Source: an uncultured virus (IMG/VR IMGVR_UViG_2700989568_000007)
Lineage: Duplodnaviria > Heunggongvirae > Uroviricota > Caudoviricetes
Strand: one strand, 5' to 3'
IMG/VR virus record: IMGVR_UViG_2700989568_000007
Length of the DNA: 64,000 bases
A program made the translations under genes and the position numbers. Positions 41,901 through 55,000 of this stretch are shown here, piece after piece. A model generated the notes under the pieces. The model searched no databases, was not told the DNA's origin, and saw only the letters and a program-made list of their open reading frames with translations. Each line of letters starts with the position of its first letter. Positions within the stretch are counted from its first letter, which is position 1.

Positions 41901-43482
41901 GCTGGCTGCCGGCTACCAGAAAGCACTGGATAAAGCCGATCAGCTTATGGGGCAGATGGGTGAAAGCTCAAAAGCGACTGTGTCGTTTGATCAGTCTCTC
42001 CGCGATACCAACAAATCTCTGACCGAACTAGCCAACGCCGTACCGAATGAGTTCATCACTCAGGAGATGATCGACAAAGCCAAGTCTCGTCTGGCTGACC
42101 TGGCAAATGCGAGCGACGACTATCGTGAGATGTTCAACCGTCGCAACGTCGAGCAGATGATCTCCACCTGGGCGCCGGAGTCCGATTCCATCATTAGCGC
42201 GGGCTACAGAGCATCACGCGGCGAGAAGGTGGCCGACTTTGAGGAAACTTATAACCGTAACCTCAAAGCGCTGATGGATCTGCGCGAAACTGCCATCAAG
42301 TCAGGTACTGCGTCTAAGAGTCAGATTGAGCAATACACTAAGCAGATCAACCAACTCGTTGCCGCTGGCAACAATGCGCTGATTAAGCAAACAGGCACAG
42401 CGACCCAGCAGTTGGCTCTGGAGTATGAGAACCTGGCTGAACAGATTGAGGGCACATGGACAGATCTGTTTAGCGGCTTAACTGACACGCTTACTGACTT
42501 TGTTGTTAACGGGAAGATGAGCTTCTCCAGTCTGGCCACATCGATCCTTAAAGACATCACCAACATGGTCGTGAAGACCCAGATCACTCTGCCTCTCATG
42601 AATATGTTGGGAATGGGAACGACAAACGCCGGCAATGCACAAAGTGGAAATCTCATGAATGGCGTAGCGTCTGCGATCGCTAATCAAGGGGTTCAGCTAG
42701 GTAATTCTGGTGTGTCGGTGGCCAATGGGGATAAATCTGTCGGCGAGGCCACTAAGGAGACAGCCTCCGGCATAAATTCTATGGGGCAAGCGTCTCAGAA
42801 TGCGGCCAGCGGTTTAAGCCAGGCGGTGAATGGCGTCTGGGACTGGACTAAGTCATTGTTCACCGGTACTGACGCTACGAAAGATCAAACCAAAGCGGTT
42901 AACAGCAGCATCCTCAGTATGGGGAATCTGTCTACCGCGGCTGGGGCGCTGGCAGCTACATTCGCCATGGTAGGTGCTTCGTCGTCGAGTTCGTCCAGCC
43001 GTTGGCTGAATTTCGGTCTGTCACTGGCCAGTACCGCAGTGTCCGCCTGGGCTGGGTCAGCTTCATCGTCTTCATCTGAGCCAAAGCCTAATGTGAAGAA
43101 ACACGCCAATGGCGGCATCTTTGGCAAGGAAGGGGTTGTACCTCTGAGAGCCTATCAGAAAGGCGGAATCGCCACCTCACCGCAGTTGGCGATGTTTGGC
43201 GAGGGCTCAATGAATGAGGCTTACGTACCGCTGCCAGATGGTCGAACCATTCCAGTCACACTTTCTGCAGAGTCAGCTGGAAAGAGTACGGGTAATGCGG
43301 TGTCACCTGTCTCGATTCAGATCAATGTAACCAAGGATGGCCGAACCAGCGAGAGCAGCAGTGGAAGCGAGAGCAGTCTCTGGAACGGTGCAGCGCGGCA
43401 AATTAAGTCGATTGTGCTTGAGACGATTGCCGAAGAGAAACGTTCTGGTGGTTCACTTAATCCGCATACCACCAGAGGGTAA
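38932..43482 (+). CDS. Tail tape measure protein
   Basis: ~1516-aa helical Ala-rich protein with tape-measure motif QMSGKGVVSMEELRQQLGE. Confidence 0.93.
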   Translation: MSQNVEFILSLEDKQFTASIDRAGKLLTKFGERATKPAQKIKNLERSLGSVSSILGALETRLNSTADKLQDVAAGFELVSNTSRKAQRELSAISTDLRTFTDRVDSATSSTHKFLASLRKVQSELNEFSDWVKYAGDHAGKFNTEIKGATTSLGGMNTRLNATSKRLSNWGTTTSQAAEGLKKVKDQMDGVIRSQQLISRPVRVRTTTTGGGGSGGGADRFTAAPHRGGGRENGVFYGLRGNIFLLGEIGDAARTVTDILFGWQKPIVEAAAEMQRMRVMLRGLNKDKVNPEEAAAQDMQYIVNMAKNAPFAMQSLTDSFVKFRSAGLDPTDGSLKALVDSVARFGGDSELLKRAAVAVQQMSGKGVVSMEELRQQLGEAVPNAMKAMADAAGITMGELTKAVSSGTVEAKHALSLMFVGLRAENENAAKDMMQTYTGALAQLQTSFTLFADRVGQAGYLDSLTKGMKELAAVMNSAEGISFANSLGEGLTTAIDGLRELAQWLAKNQELVITLGKIVAGMVAFKMLRAGILGVVGAGGQMLSTFMKMSTVIQTPFTLGATAVTRFNRAARMGLAPIPSLIFAIRGAITGLKGAFAGLTAFIAANPIGFVFTAAMTAVAGLITYMTMLRSETSKVVDEIRKIPEAMTAAKRAQMADYKERLDRQIAQKEQELNSGEKMVYGPGMAGTTIKIDRKKVESELSDLRKQRDRVSGTIELGDTAVSKRLAKEAAESQIEKIRDENKDFSAKFVKARQEALEKIQKINDDKSLSDDEKNKLLGPLRETVNKSYLVPAQKLVESLSSRKTATEKQIAHFSDLLEKAKKEGNTEQVQKLQGSIRGYQEHLETVAQELTQAEFERDNAAKTGKGVKTNQGTVLGLGTSDKGADKALAQYMRNQMDSAVYQRTLPDGTPMMDFEGKPIIGPKQLKTQLNLQKASTASSLEKMSEKERAAAIAALTKAREQDAAAAERAGKRTANASERAAKREESAQQKLAAGYQKALDKADQLMGQMGESSKATVSFDQSLRDTNKSLTELANAVPNEFITQEMIDKAKSRLADLANASDDYREMFNRRNVEQMISTWAPESDSIISAGYRASRGEKVADFEETYNRNLKALMDLRETAIKSGTASKSQIEQYTKQINQLVAAGNNALIKQTGTATQQLALEYENLAEQIEGTWTDLFSGLTDTLTDFVVNGKMSFSSLATSILKDITNMVVKTQITLPLMNMLGMGTTNAGNAQSGNLMNGVASAIANQGVQLGNSGVSVANGDKSVGEATKETASGINSMGQASQNAASGLSQAVNGVWDWTKSLFTGTDATKDQTKAVNSSILSMGNLSTAAGALAATFAMVGASSSSSSSRWLNFGLSLASTAVSAWAGSASSSSSEPKPNVKKHANGGIFGKEGVVPLRAYQKGGIATSPQLAMFGEGSMNEAYVPLPDGRTIPVTLSAESAGKSTGNAVSPVSIQINVTKDGRTSESSSGSESSLWNGAARQIKSIVLETIAEEKRSGGSLNPHTTRG

Positions 43483-43525
43483 TAAAGCCGGCCGCCTTAG
43501 CGGGCGGCCATCACAAGGAAGTGAT

Positions 43526-43861
43526 ATGTCGAGGAAAGTATTTAATTGGTATCCAGATTATGAGTCTGAGAAAACGGTAAAGCCTAACGTGACCGTGCTG
43601 AACTACGGCGATGATTACGAGCAGCGCCAGTCGCAGGGGCTCAATCGGATTAAAGAAGAGTGGTCTCTCACGTTCACCCGCAGCCATGACGTGGTAAACG
43701 ACGTTGATGACTTTTTGACTGCCCGCGCAGGGGTGGAGTCATTCATTTGGACTAACCCAAGAGGCAAAGCAATTATCGTGGTTTGTGATAGCCATACGGT
43801 AAAACGTTACCCAGGTTATCAAGTGCTTACGGCAACATTTAGACAGGTTTTTGAGTCTTAA
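43526..43861 (+). CDS. Minor tail protein M-like (distal tail)
   Basis: YGDDYEQR...GLN and FL.ARAGVESF.W motifs of the lambda gpM family. Confidence 0.88.
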   Translation: MSRKVFNWYPDYESEKTVKPNVTVLNYGDDYEQRQSQGLNRIKEEWSLTFTRSHDVVNDVDDFLTARAGVESFIWTNPRGKAIIVVCDSHTVKRYPGYQVLTATFRQVFES

Positions 43862-43947
43862 TTTGCGACTATAGATAAGTAAGTGCTTATCTATTATTAT
43901 ATATCAACGTCACAGGATGTGACGTTGAGTTTTTCAAGGATGAAGTG

Positions 43948-44646
43948 ATGGGTATTAGAGCTGATATTCAGAGTTTATCGCCTTCTGCGCTCATTGAGTT
44001 GTTCGAGCTGGATATGTCGGTGACAACCTCCGGCGGCAAGTTGTATTTCCATGCCGGCACCAACGGGCTTAGCCAGCCAATTGTCTGGCAGGGAGTTTCC
44101 TATGAGCCGTGGCCAATTAAAGCGTCTGGCTTTGATAAAAGCGGTCAGGGAACACTTCCTCGTCCAAAGATTCAGGTTTCCAACTACGACGGTGTAATTT
44201 CTGCCGAGCTGCAGGCCAATGACGATCTGATTGGCTGCAAAATCATTCGCAAGATGACGCTGGCACGTTTTCTGGACGCGGTGAACTTTCCGGATGGAAA
44301 CCCGACCGCAGACCCAAGTCAGCATTTTGCTGATGAAATGTGGTTCGTCGAACAGAAGACCCTGGAGACACACCAGTATGTCGAATTCGAGCTGTCCAGC
44401 GTCTTAGATCTGATGGGTGTTCAACTGCCGTATCGTCAGATCATCAAAAACAGCTGCCCGTGGAAATATCGCGGAACAGAGTGTGGCTACACCGGCCCAT
44501 ATTTCGACAAAAACAACCAGCAAACCTCTTTGGCCGGCGCCGACTACTGCACCAAGCGTTACGACGCCTGTAATGCTCGTCGCAACTACTTCGCGAATGG
44601 CGTTATTCATTTTGGCGGATTTATTGGGGCGACACGATATGAGTAA
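43948..44646 (+). CDS. Minor tail protein L-like
   Basis: IELFELD, RFLDAVNF, CPWKYRGTECGY and FGGF motifs. Confidence 0.92.
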   Translation: MGIRADIQSLSPSALIELFELDMSVTTSGGKLYFHAGTNGLSQPIVWQGVSYEPWPIKASGFDKSGQGTLPRPKIQVSNYDGVISAELQANDDLIGCKIIRKMTLARFLDAVNFPDGNPTADPSQHFADEMWFVEQKTLETHQYVEFELSSVLDLMGVQLPYRQIIKNSCPWKYRGTECGYTGPYFDKNNQQTSLAGADYCTKRYDACNARRNYFANGVIHFGGFIGATRYE

Positions 44647-45436
44647 CCAGACGTTACCTGAGCTGGGCTCAGAAGTCATGCAGGATATCTACCGCTGCGC
44701 TATCCAACGTTACCCGAATGAAGCGTGTGGCTTTCTGGTGCGCACACAGGGTGAGAAATATCGCTTTATGGAAGCGATGAATGTCTCTGAAACGCCACGT
44801 GAGGATTTTGTCATGCGTGCCAGCGACATTATTGCGGCCGAAGATGCTGGGGAAGTGATCGCTATTTGGCACTCTCACGTTGAGCGCAGCGCAGAGGCGT
44901 CAGACCCGGATCGCTCCGGGTGCGAGGCGACGGAACTACCGTGGATGATTCTGGCAATTCGCAAAAATGTGGAAAGCGATATGCCATTCCACTTTAGCGA
45001 AATGAACGTCATTTATCCGTGTGGTTTTGAGATGCCCTACCTCGGGCGCCCATACGTATTCGGTGTGTTTGATTGCTGGATGCTGTGCCGCGATTACCTA
45101 AAGCGTGAATTTGACGTTGAGCTGAATGCAAACGCCCACCTGCATATTCCTTCCTGGTACACGGGGGACAACGACATCCTCGACCAGAACTACCGAAATG
45201 AAGGACTTGTCCGCATGGCGCCGGGGACGGAACCCCAGCGCGGCGACATCTTCTTCATCCAGTACGGGAAAATGCCAGATCACTGCGCGGTATACATCGG
45301 CGACGGCATGATCATGCATCACCAGATCGACCGTCTCAGCTGTCGGGCTTATTACGGTGGGATGTATCAGAAGCACACGACGCATCACCTGCGTCACAGG
45401 GATTTACTCAAGGGAGACGAGACGTGTCTGAATTAG
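44639..45436 (+). CDS. Tail assembly protein K-like (JAB + NlpC/P60)
   Basis: YPNEACG, WHSH...S..D, DCW.L.RDY and HCAVY motifs. Confidence 0.92.
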   Translation: MSNQTLPELGSEVMQDIYRCAIQRYPNEACGFLVRTQGEKYRFMEAMNVSETPREDFVMRASDIIAAEDAGEVIAIWHSHVERSAEASDPDRSGCEATELPWMILAIRKNVESDMPFHFSEMNVIYPCGFEMPYLGRPYVFGVFDCWMLCRDYLKREFDVELNANAHLHIPSWYTGDNDILDQNYRNEGLVRMAPGTEPQRGDIFFIQYGKMPDHCAVYIGDGMIMHHQIDRLSCRAYYGGMYQKHTTHHLRHRDLLKGDETCLN

Positions 45437-46035
45437 TTCATGTTCAGCTCGGCGGTGCGATGGCAAAGAACTTTGGCCGCCATTGGAAATTGAAGGTGCG
45501 CAACACCAAACAAGCCATCGATTTGATTGAGGCGAATCGCCCGGGCTTTAAAGCCTGGATTAAGCGTAACCGTAACCACTTCGATAAGTACCACATCCAG
45601 GTCACAAATAAGCAGGGCCACAAGTGGTCAATGGACGACACCGAATACCAGATGATGGGCGAGTCGGAAAATATCGCAAAAATCCGCATTACTCCCGTAC
45701 CACGTGGCAGCGGTGGTAAGGCGTTTGGGTGGTTCCAGACTTTCGTAGGCGCCGCGATGATCGCTGTCGGTGCGATTGGCTTTGGTCTTACCGCGGGTGC
45801 GTCATCTGCGCTGATGATGGGAGGGATGTCATTGATGATGGGCGGTGTGTCCATGCTGATTTCGCCGCAGGCATCAAATGCGTCTGTCAGACAGGCTGAT
45901 AACACGGATTCGTTTTATTTCGATGGGCCTCAAAACACCAGCAACCAGGGAAACCCGGTTCAGCTTAATTACGGCGAGGAAATTTTAGTTGGCTCACAGA
46001 TTGTGAGTTCTTCAATCACCATAGACCAACTGTAA
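45424..46035 (+). CDS. Tail assembly protein I-like
   Basis: Ubiquitin-like N-terminus, hydrophobic Gly-rich middle, and QGNPVQLNYGE..VGS. Confidence 0.9.
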   Translation: MSELVHVQLGGAMAKNFGRHWKLKVRNTKQAIDLIEANRPGFKAWIKRNRNHFDKYHIQVTNKQGHKWSMDDTEYQMMGESENIAKIRITPVPRGSGGKAFGWFQTFVGAAMIAVGAIGFGLTAGASSALMMGGMSLMMGGVSMLISPQASNASVRQADNTDSFYFDGPQNTSNQGNPVQLNYGEEILVGSQIVSSSITIDQL

Positions 46036-46051
46036 GGGAAGTTTTTTGAAC

Positions 46052-49000
46052 ATGGATCAGTTCAAGAAAAAGAGATTGCCCCTCCTGATTGCGGGAGCGG
46101 GCGGCAAAAAGAGCTCAGGCTCAAGCCGTACACCAGTTGAAGCGGATGATACCGTTAATTCGCGGGCCATGGCGTCTATCCTCGATCTGCTCGGGGAAGG
46201 TGTTGTTGGTGGGCTTATTAACGGTGCTAAATCTATCTTCATCGATGGCGTGGCGCTGGAGAACGAAGACGGATCATTCAACTATTCCGGTGTAACCTGG
46301 GATTTCCGGGATGGTTCGCAAGACCAAAGCCCGATGCCTGGTTTCGATTTTGTCGAAACGCCAAAGGCCGTTAACACACAGCTGAAAACCACAAACGCGG
46401 TTACGGTCGCCATCGATAACGACGACGCTGATCGTGTCCGAGTGATCATGAAGTTCCCGTCGCTGCGTAGCATTGACAAGAAAACAGGGGACACAAACGG
46501 TACTTCGGTCCAGTTTAAGTTCCAGCTGGCCAACGGCAATGGCTCTTTCTATGACGTGATTGCTACAGGTGAGAGCAGCTCTGACGTGACGCTGACTGCG
46601 AAAAAGACTGGTGTCTACTACCGCAGTTACGAAATCCAGCTTCCAAAGCCTGGGCGTGCCTATAAAGTGCGCGTGCTTCGTCTCTCCGCCGACAGCAACG
46701 ATCAGTATCTCTTTAACGATACCTGGGTCGACTCTATCGGTGAGATCGTTGATACCCCAATGAACTACCCGAACTCCGTTCTGGTTGGCCTTAAGGTTAA
46801 CTCTGAGCAGTTTGGTAGCTCTATGCCGTCACGTTCGTATCTTATCCGTGGCCTCAAAATCCGTGTGCCTTCGAATTATGATGAAAACACGAACACTTAT
46901 AACGGCGTTTGGGATGGAACCTTTAAACTTCTGTCGTCTTCCAACCCTGCCTGGATTCTGTTCGATCTGCTGACCAATGCTCGTTATGGCCTCGGCAAAT
47001 TTGTTTCGGAGTCAATGATTGACCTTGGCCAGCTTTATCAGATCGGTCGCTACTGCGACGAAGAGGTTGATGATGGCTTTGGCGGCAAAGAAAAACGCTT
47101 TGCAATCAACACCCAGATCACCAGTCGTCAGGACGCTTATCGTCTGATTCAGGATATTGCCGGTGCTTTCCGTGGCATGGTTTTCTGGGCTGGTGGCATG
47201 GTGAATATCATGCAGGACAGCCCGTCTGATCCTGTCATGCTGTTTACCAACGCAAACGTAAAAGATGGCCTGTTTACCTATAAAGGCTCTGCTCGAAAAG
47301 ACCGGCCGTCCGTAGCGCTGATCACTTATAACAACAAACAAGACGGCTATAAGCAGAACGTTGAGTATGTTGAAGATCAGGAAGCGATGGCCCGATACGG
47401 GGAGCGCAAGACCGAGGCCGTTGCGTTCGGATGCACCAGCCGTGGTCAGGCTCATCGTGTAGGTTTGTGGCTGCTCTATACCGCGCGTATGGAGTCAGAC
47501 ATGATCACCTTTACCGCGGGCCTGGACGCCTCGTTCCTGATGCCGGGCGAAACCGTTCTGATCCAGAACAAATATCGTGCCGGCAAACGCAATTCCGGTC
47601 GCATTGTCTCTTTCACCAAAAACAGCATCACCCTCGATGCACCTGTCTCTCTGAAAAAGAGCGGTAGCTTCATCCGTATCATCAATCAGGAAGGCAAAAT
47701 CGTTGAGCGAGACATCAACGAGACCGGCGACAACATCACTAAAGTTACCTTCAAGACGGCGTTGGCCACAGCCGATCAACCAGTAGCGAATGGCGTCTGG
47801 ACGATCACCGAACCAGACCTGGTTCCAATGCGGGCGCGCGTTGTCGCTATCGCGCAAGGTGAAACCCCGGGGTCGTTTGATATCACGGTGGTGCAGAACA
47901 ATGCATCTAAGTACCAGGCGATTGATAACGGGGCCGCGCTCGTTCCAGAAAATACGACGGTTCTTGATCCCACATATTCCAAACCGAGCAATCTGGTCAT
48001 CTCAGAAGGCACCTATCTGTCCAGTCCGGGCAACTTGTCCGTGAAGCTGATGCTTGCCTGGGAAGGTAAATCACCAGAATACTGGGTCAGCTGGCGCCGC
48101 TCCGACGAGGGCAACGTCTCCAACTGGCAATCTGCCCGCGCCACGGAAGAACAATATGAAATCGTCAATGTTGCCGAAAATGGGCGATATGACTTCCAGC
48201 TGTATTCCGTTTCCTTCGGCGGCAAAAAATCCGAGATCATTACTGCTGTCTATCAGGTAAAAGGCACGATGACGCCGCCAGGGGCGCCCACATCACTGAC
48301 CGCGGTGGGGGATTATCGTAACGTGGTATTGAATTGGGTTAACCCTGATTCAGTCGACCTCGCGCAGATCAACGTGTATGCGTCCAAAACAAATAAGCTG
48401 GACACCGCGACACTCATTGCTCAGGCCGCCACAACGACTTTCACTCACGCTGGGCTGGGTGACAACGAGACCTGGTATTACTGGATTCGTGCGGTAAACA
48501 AACGTGGGATGGTAGGCCAGCCGAACTCGAACCTCGGTACAGAGGCCACCACTCGCGACGTATTGTCTTTCCTGAAAGATAAGATCACATCTTCTGAACT
48601 CGGCAAGGAGCTGCTCGACGAAATCGACAGCAAAGCCACTCAGGAGGCGGTAGACAACGCCATTGGCGAGGTTCAGAACTCAGTCAACGAGTCTATTCAG
48701 CAAGTTGAAAACGACCTTGCGCAAACCTCCTCCGAAATTAAGGCGCAGGTTGACTCTGTCAATCAGTCGCTGAAAGAGAACATTGATACCGTCAATCAGA
48801 CAATTGTCGACAATATCGATACGGTCAACCAGACGATCAATACCAACATCTCCAATGTAAACAGCCAAATTGAAGCTGCAAAACAGTCGATTAAAGACGG
48901 CGACGCTGCTCTGTCGCAGGAGATTAAGAAAGCGCAGTCATCACTGACAACGTCGCTGTCCCAGACCAGCAAAGATCTGACTGCGGCCATTCAGAAAGAG

Positions 49001-52000
49001 ACGAATGACCGTATTGCAGATGTTAATGATGCAGCCAAGCAAGCGGCCGACCAACTGCTGAGCGCGAAGAATGAGCTGAAAACCTCTATCGATAGCTTGT
49101 CTGAGGTTGTGACCTCCGGTGACGAAAACCTCGCGCGACAGATCTCGCAGATTGCCGCTGGCACAGGGGAACAGTTTGACTCTCTGAAAATCTGGTATTT
49201 CGACCAGGACGCTGAAGGCTGGACGGAAGATGATAATGGCTACACGCCAATGAGCGTCACCAGCGATGGCTGGCTGAAAGCGAACAATCCGACCTCAACC
49301 TGTCGTTCCCCTAACGGATTGACGATCGATGCCCATGCTTATCGTTTCATTAAGATGCGCATTAAAAAGGTTGGCAACCCAACCTGGAACGCCAAAATGT
49401 TCTGGATCGGCGCTGATGAAACCGGCTGGAATGCTGGTCGCTCCGTGGTTATTAATGAACCGGAATACGATGACAAGGGTATTGCGATTCTGACCCTGCA
49501 CGACATTGAGTGGCGAGATTCGACAACGATTCGTCGTTTCCGCTTCGATTTCACTTCAGGTCAGGATGCGGACAATTACCTGTTATTCGACTGGATCGCC
49601 GTTGGTCGACCGACGCCGGGCGCAGGCATGGCCGCGTTACAGGAAGAGCAGCAGGCTCGTGCGAATGCAGATACCGCCGAAGCACAGGCGCGCAGCACAT
49701 TGGCTGCACAAATCCGCGGTTCATCTGAAAGCGGAAATCTGGACGACATTCGCTCCGGTCTGATCTATCAGGAGAAAAATGCTCGTATCACCGCCGATGC
49801 TGCGGAAGCGAGTGCGCGTGAATCCCTGCAGACTGAATTCAACAGAAACAAAGCCTCTGTTGCAGAAGAACTGCATACGCTGTCCACTGAACAAGCTTCC
49901 CAGGCAAGCAAGATTACCGGGTTGCAAACAAGCCTTGGCCAGAAGGCCGATGCCAGTGCAGTACAGACAATTTCCCAGAAGGTTGAAGAGCAGGGCAACA
50001 CCCTTAAATCACAAGGTGCGGCATTGTCTACGCTGGACAATCGCGTAGGAAGTGTTGAGTCTGGTGTGTCTGCGAACAGCAAGGCGATCACGGGTCTGCA
50101 GTCGACCGTAACCCAGCAGGGTAAAACCCTTAGCAGCCAGAGTGAAAGCATCACCACCCTGAATAACTCGCTGAGCGATATTCAGAGCGATACCGATACT
50201 GCCAAAAGCAACCCGAGCAATTTGCTGGTTAACGCCTCCTTTGAGCGTGACCTGGCAGGTTGGTCTGCAGGCAACAGCGTATCCAGTGTAATCAAGGCGA
50301 GTGCGCCCCATTCTGGTAGCAAAATTCTTGTTTGCGCCGCCGGCACGGTGCAAATCACGCAATCTGTAAGCGTCGTCGAAGGGCGGACATACAAGCTGTC
50401 CTCTTTTGTGCGGTGCACCACGGATGCGGTGATCAGCAGCCCTGGCAACAACAAACTGCGTATTGGCGCGGCCACGTTGCTCAAAGAGATTCCGATCCGT
50501 CCGGAGAATCTGCCCAAAGATGAAACATGGAAAGAGGTCTCTGATACCTGGAAGGCGACGCTGACCGGTAAAGTTGACGTATCGATCATGTCTTCTCTCA
50601 AAACCGGTTCTCAGTACTTCGATGATGTTGGTTTTGTTGACGTCACTGATGCTCTGGCGATTGAGGCGAACGCCAGTGCCACCAATACTTTGACCTCTCG
50701 GGTATCGTCTGTTGAGGGCACCATCACAAGCCAGGGGCAGCAGATCACTTCGATGCAGAACAGCATCAAGAACAAAGCCGACGCCTCCGCTGTGACTAAT
50801 CTGACAAACCGCGTAACTGCTGCCGAAAATCAGATCTCCAGCCAGTCCCAGAGCATCACCAGCCTGTCAAACTCGCTGGATAACGCCAATGCTGATGCGG
50901 ATGCCTCGAAAGCGATCATCGGCAACATGCTCAAAAACAACTCTTTTGAACGTGGTTTCGAAGGTTGGGAGTATGTCGGCTGGACTCTGCTGGAGGCCCA
51001 GAACCCCAAATCGGGGAAATACATCATCCAGGCGGGCAAACTGGCCTCTGGCGGTGACTCAGGCTGCAATCAAACGGTCGAGCTGCAGGCTGGCAAGACT
51101 TATCGTATCGGCGCATGGGTTCGCAAATCCGCTGACTTCGCGATCAATAATGCCGGCAACAACAAGATTAGCCTTCGAAACGCAGATCTGACGCCGTTAA
51201 AGGATATCCCGATCACCGGCGCCGGGCTGTCGACTAACTGGGCGCTTATTAGCGGAGAGTATACGCCAGCCAAAACCGCGAGCGTGGTTGTGTCTCTGCG
51301 CGCAAGTGTCGCTTCCGGCTATATGTATCTCGATGACGTCTTCTGCGTTGACGTGAGCAATGAGAAGGCGATTGATGCGACGTCCAATGCGTTATCAACC
51401 CTCAACAGTACCGTGACCCAGCAGGGAAAAGACATTACGTCTAACTCCAACAGCATCACTTCGCTGTCAAACCAGATGGTTAACGGCCGCCAGAACATGT
51501 GGGTGCGTAGCGTATACAACGTACAACTGGCAAACAGCACTATTGAGCCGACCTTTAGCGATATCAACGGTAAGGCGCCAACCTCGATCGAGGAGGTTCC
51601 TGACGCTGCAAAACTGGACTTTGCGAGCGCCGGCAGTTACGTGATCGCGCATTACAAAGCCTTCGTGAAGGTCAATGCTGATACCACCATCACTATGGCT
51701 CCAGGTGCTCGTGTTTTTGATGATACGGGCGCTGTATATGTGAACGGTGTTAGGGTTGCATTTGGTAATGCGAGCTGGAATACGGTTAGCTTTGATCTGA
51801 AAGCTGGCTGGAGCACGGTTGAGTTTCTGGTGAACCAATGGAGTGGTCAGGCTTACATTAACCTCGGTTTTAAACTGTCCGAGAAGGTAGCCCAGCTGAA
51901 TTCTGCTCTTGGGATGAACGCGCTTTCGAATGCCATTAGCGCCGTCACCTCAAACGTCAGCACCGTAGGTGATCGCGTCACGAGCACCTCACAGAGCGTT

Positions 52001-55000
52001 ACTGACCTGCGAAATAGCCTCGAACAGACAAACGCTAATCTGGCGAATAAGGCAGATGCACAGGCGCTGTCTACGTTGTCGAGCACGGTGACACAGCAGG
52101 GTGACAAGATCATCAGTCAGGGCAACAGCATCACTAAGTTGACCAATGACCTCGAAGCCGCTGACGCAAACATCGCGAAAAAGGCCGATCAGTCGGCAGT
52201 CACTACGCTGACAGGTCGGGTAGAGAAGACGGAGTCCGGTCTGACGGCTGCGAACAGCAACATTACGTCGCTCAGCAGTTCTCTGAACCAGCAATCCAAA
52301 CGCGGCGCCAATCTGCTTCCTGATGGCACTTTTGAAAGCTACGCGGTTGGCCATAATCTATCAAATAATCGCGTTATCGTGACCACTGATGACTCGCATG
52401 GCGGTAGTAAGTGCATCCGTGTGACGCGTCCGAATGATTACAACGCTAACGCAACTGATAACAGCGATAATCACATTTTCAGCGGGTTCCAGATTCGCGA
52501 TAACGCAGTCTTCTATATGGAATGCTGGGTTAAGCTGGATGCCAAGAGCACCGCTATGGCCGAGAATGCGCAGATCTCCATTGGCTTATCGCTCCAGTAT
52601 CAGGACAACTCTTGGCAGTGGCCGGCAGTCACCAAAGCGGCAAAGGATCTCTCTTCAACTCAATGGACGAAGGTTTCTGGTTACCTGAAATCAACGAAGA
52701 GCGGTATTAAGCAGGCAATGGTGAGGATTTCTATTCCTAACGTTAGCAGCGTTAAGGCGGGTAACTCATTCCTCATTGATGACCTGGTCATTACCGAAGT
52801 GACTGATGCCTACAACGCGCAAAGTACAGCAGATGCTAACGCCAATGCGATTTCAACACTGGACTCGACCGTCTCCCAACAGGGAGACCAGATCACCAGT
52901 CAGGGTAACAGCATCACCAAACTGACAAATGACCTGGCAACGACCAATAACAACGTCAGTAAAAAAGCGGATCAGAGCGCTTTAAGCGTGTTGTCCGGGC
53001 GCGTCGATCAAACAGAATCGGGCTTATCCTCTGCGAATAGCAGTATCACTGCGCTTAATTCATCTGTACGCGCAGGGAATGCGACAAGTGGCGATTTGAT
53101 TAGCAACCCGACATTTGACCCAGAGTTTAGTCAGATGGGCTTCACTGTGGTTTCCAGCTCGTCTGAGGGCGTGCCAGCCAATTGCCCATACGCTTATGTC
53201 GCACGCATTGCGGCTCGCGACCATCACCCAAATTTTGCTGCTATTCCGGCGACATTGGGGGATGTCTATGAAATGTCTGCTCTCGTCGCGTGTGGCACCG
53301 GCTCCGCTGATTTCAACCTGTATCTCGGAACCGCAACACGGCCAAGCGGCAGCGTTGGCGCGCCTCTGTCATCTGGCGGCAACCGCAAGGCGTCGGCCAC
53401 ATGGCAGCGAGTAACCTGGCGTTTCAAAATTACTCAGGGGATTGTCGATCGCGGCTTCTTCCGTCCATTCCTGCAAATCAACCAGTCCAGCCCGTTCGGC
53501 ACCGTCTGGTATGTGACCGACTGGCATCTGCGGAACGTAACCGACTCCTCCAAAGTTCAGGATTCTCTCGATGCCACGGCGAAAGCGGTTGATTCGCTGA
53601 CCTCTACGGTAAATCAGCAGGGGGAGAACATCTCAAGTATTGGTACACGCACTACCAATCTTGAGAACAATTTGAGAACAACAAATGCAAACGTTGCTCA
53701 AAAAGCGGACGCAAATGCTCTGACGGCACTGACCAACCGTGTTACCCAGACCGAAAAAGACATTAACTCAACGAGTTCTTCTGTCACGAATCTGAACAAC
53801 AAGGTTGATGCAATTTCTGTCGGCGGTACAAACCTGATCAAGAACTCCGGCGATATGGCCGGCTGGTCGAACGTTGTCAGCGATACGTATCGTGGTAATG
53901 CGGTAACTGGCGCAACTGTAAAAGCTGGCTCCGGTTACAAGGATCTGCGGGAAATCACGCTTGAGTCGCCGGTCGATGCAGGTGAGTACGTTTACAGCTT
54001 CTATGCGAAAGGCGGCGTTGCTGGCCAGACGATGACGGCGTTCTTCTACAATCCGAACACCACAACGTCTATCGAGACCAGCCAGGGCGCGAAAGGTAAC
54101 AACAGTGATGGCCGTGCGCAGTTCACGCTGACCACTTCATGGGCCCGTTATTGGGTTAAGTGGAAGCAGACACCTACTACGGGCACTAAGCGCCTGATTC
54201 TGTGCCGTATCGAGAGCAATACCTCCAAAGACCAGACGGTGTACATCAACAGTCCGAAGTTTGAGGTAGGTAACGTTGTTTCCGACTGGAACGAGTCTCC
54301 GTCTGATAGCGCCAGTGCGTCGGCTGTGGATTCGCTGACAACGAAAGTGAATCAGCAAGGCACTTCCATTAGCTCTATCGGAAATCGCACCACATCGTTG
54401 GAGAACGGGCTGTCGACAGCTCAGAACAATATTGCCAAGAAAGCTGATGCTTCTGCATTGCAGGATCTCCGGAACACGGTGACATCTCAGGGGGGCGATT
54501 TAACCGCGGCGAACAGTAGCATTACCAGCCTGCAGGCCTCGATGAACCGTCGCACTGTGTTTACTGTCACTGCACGGGGGAATGGCAACAGCGTAACTCC
54601 TGGGGTTTTTGATGAAAGCGGCAAGAATCTGTTTACCCCTGGTCGCAGCTGGGCGCTGGTCACTTTTGCAAAACACAGCGACGGATCAACGGTGATTGCG
54701 ACCTCCAAAACTTATGATGTCTTTGGCAGCGCGGATAATGGCGCCACGATGTCGGCCGATATCGAGGCGTTGGCTAGTGGCACTTACGTTTGCGTCCTGA
54801 CATTCGATGAGCCATCTGGCAACCGAGGTAAGATATTGTCTGCTCTGGAATCTCTTGGTGGTACATCCGAAGTAGTCAACTCTCTGCCGTATCGTGGTGC
54901 CTATATCCTCCTTGGCCGCAAAGGCATGAAACCGGGCGATGGTCTGGAACTGCGTGCGCCAACCGGTGGCGACGGCACCGCCCACATTTCGACCTCAGTC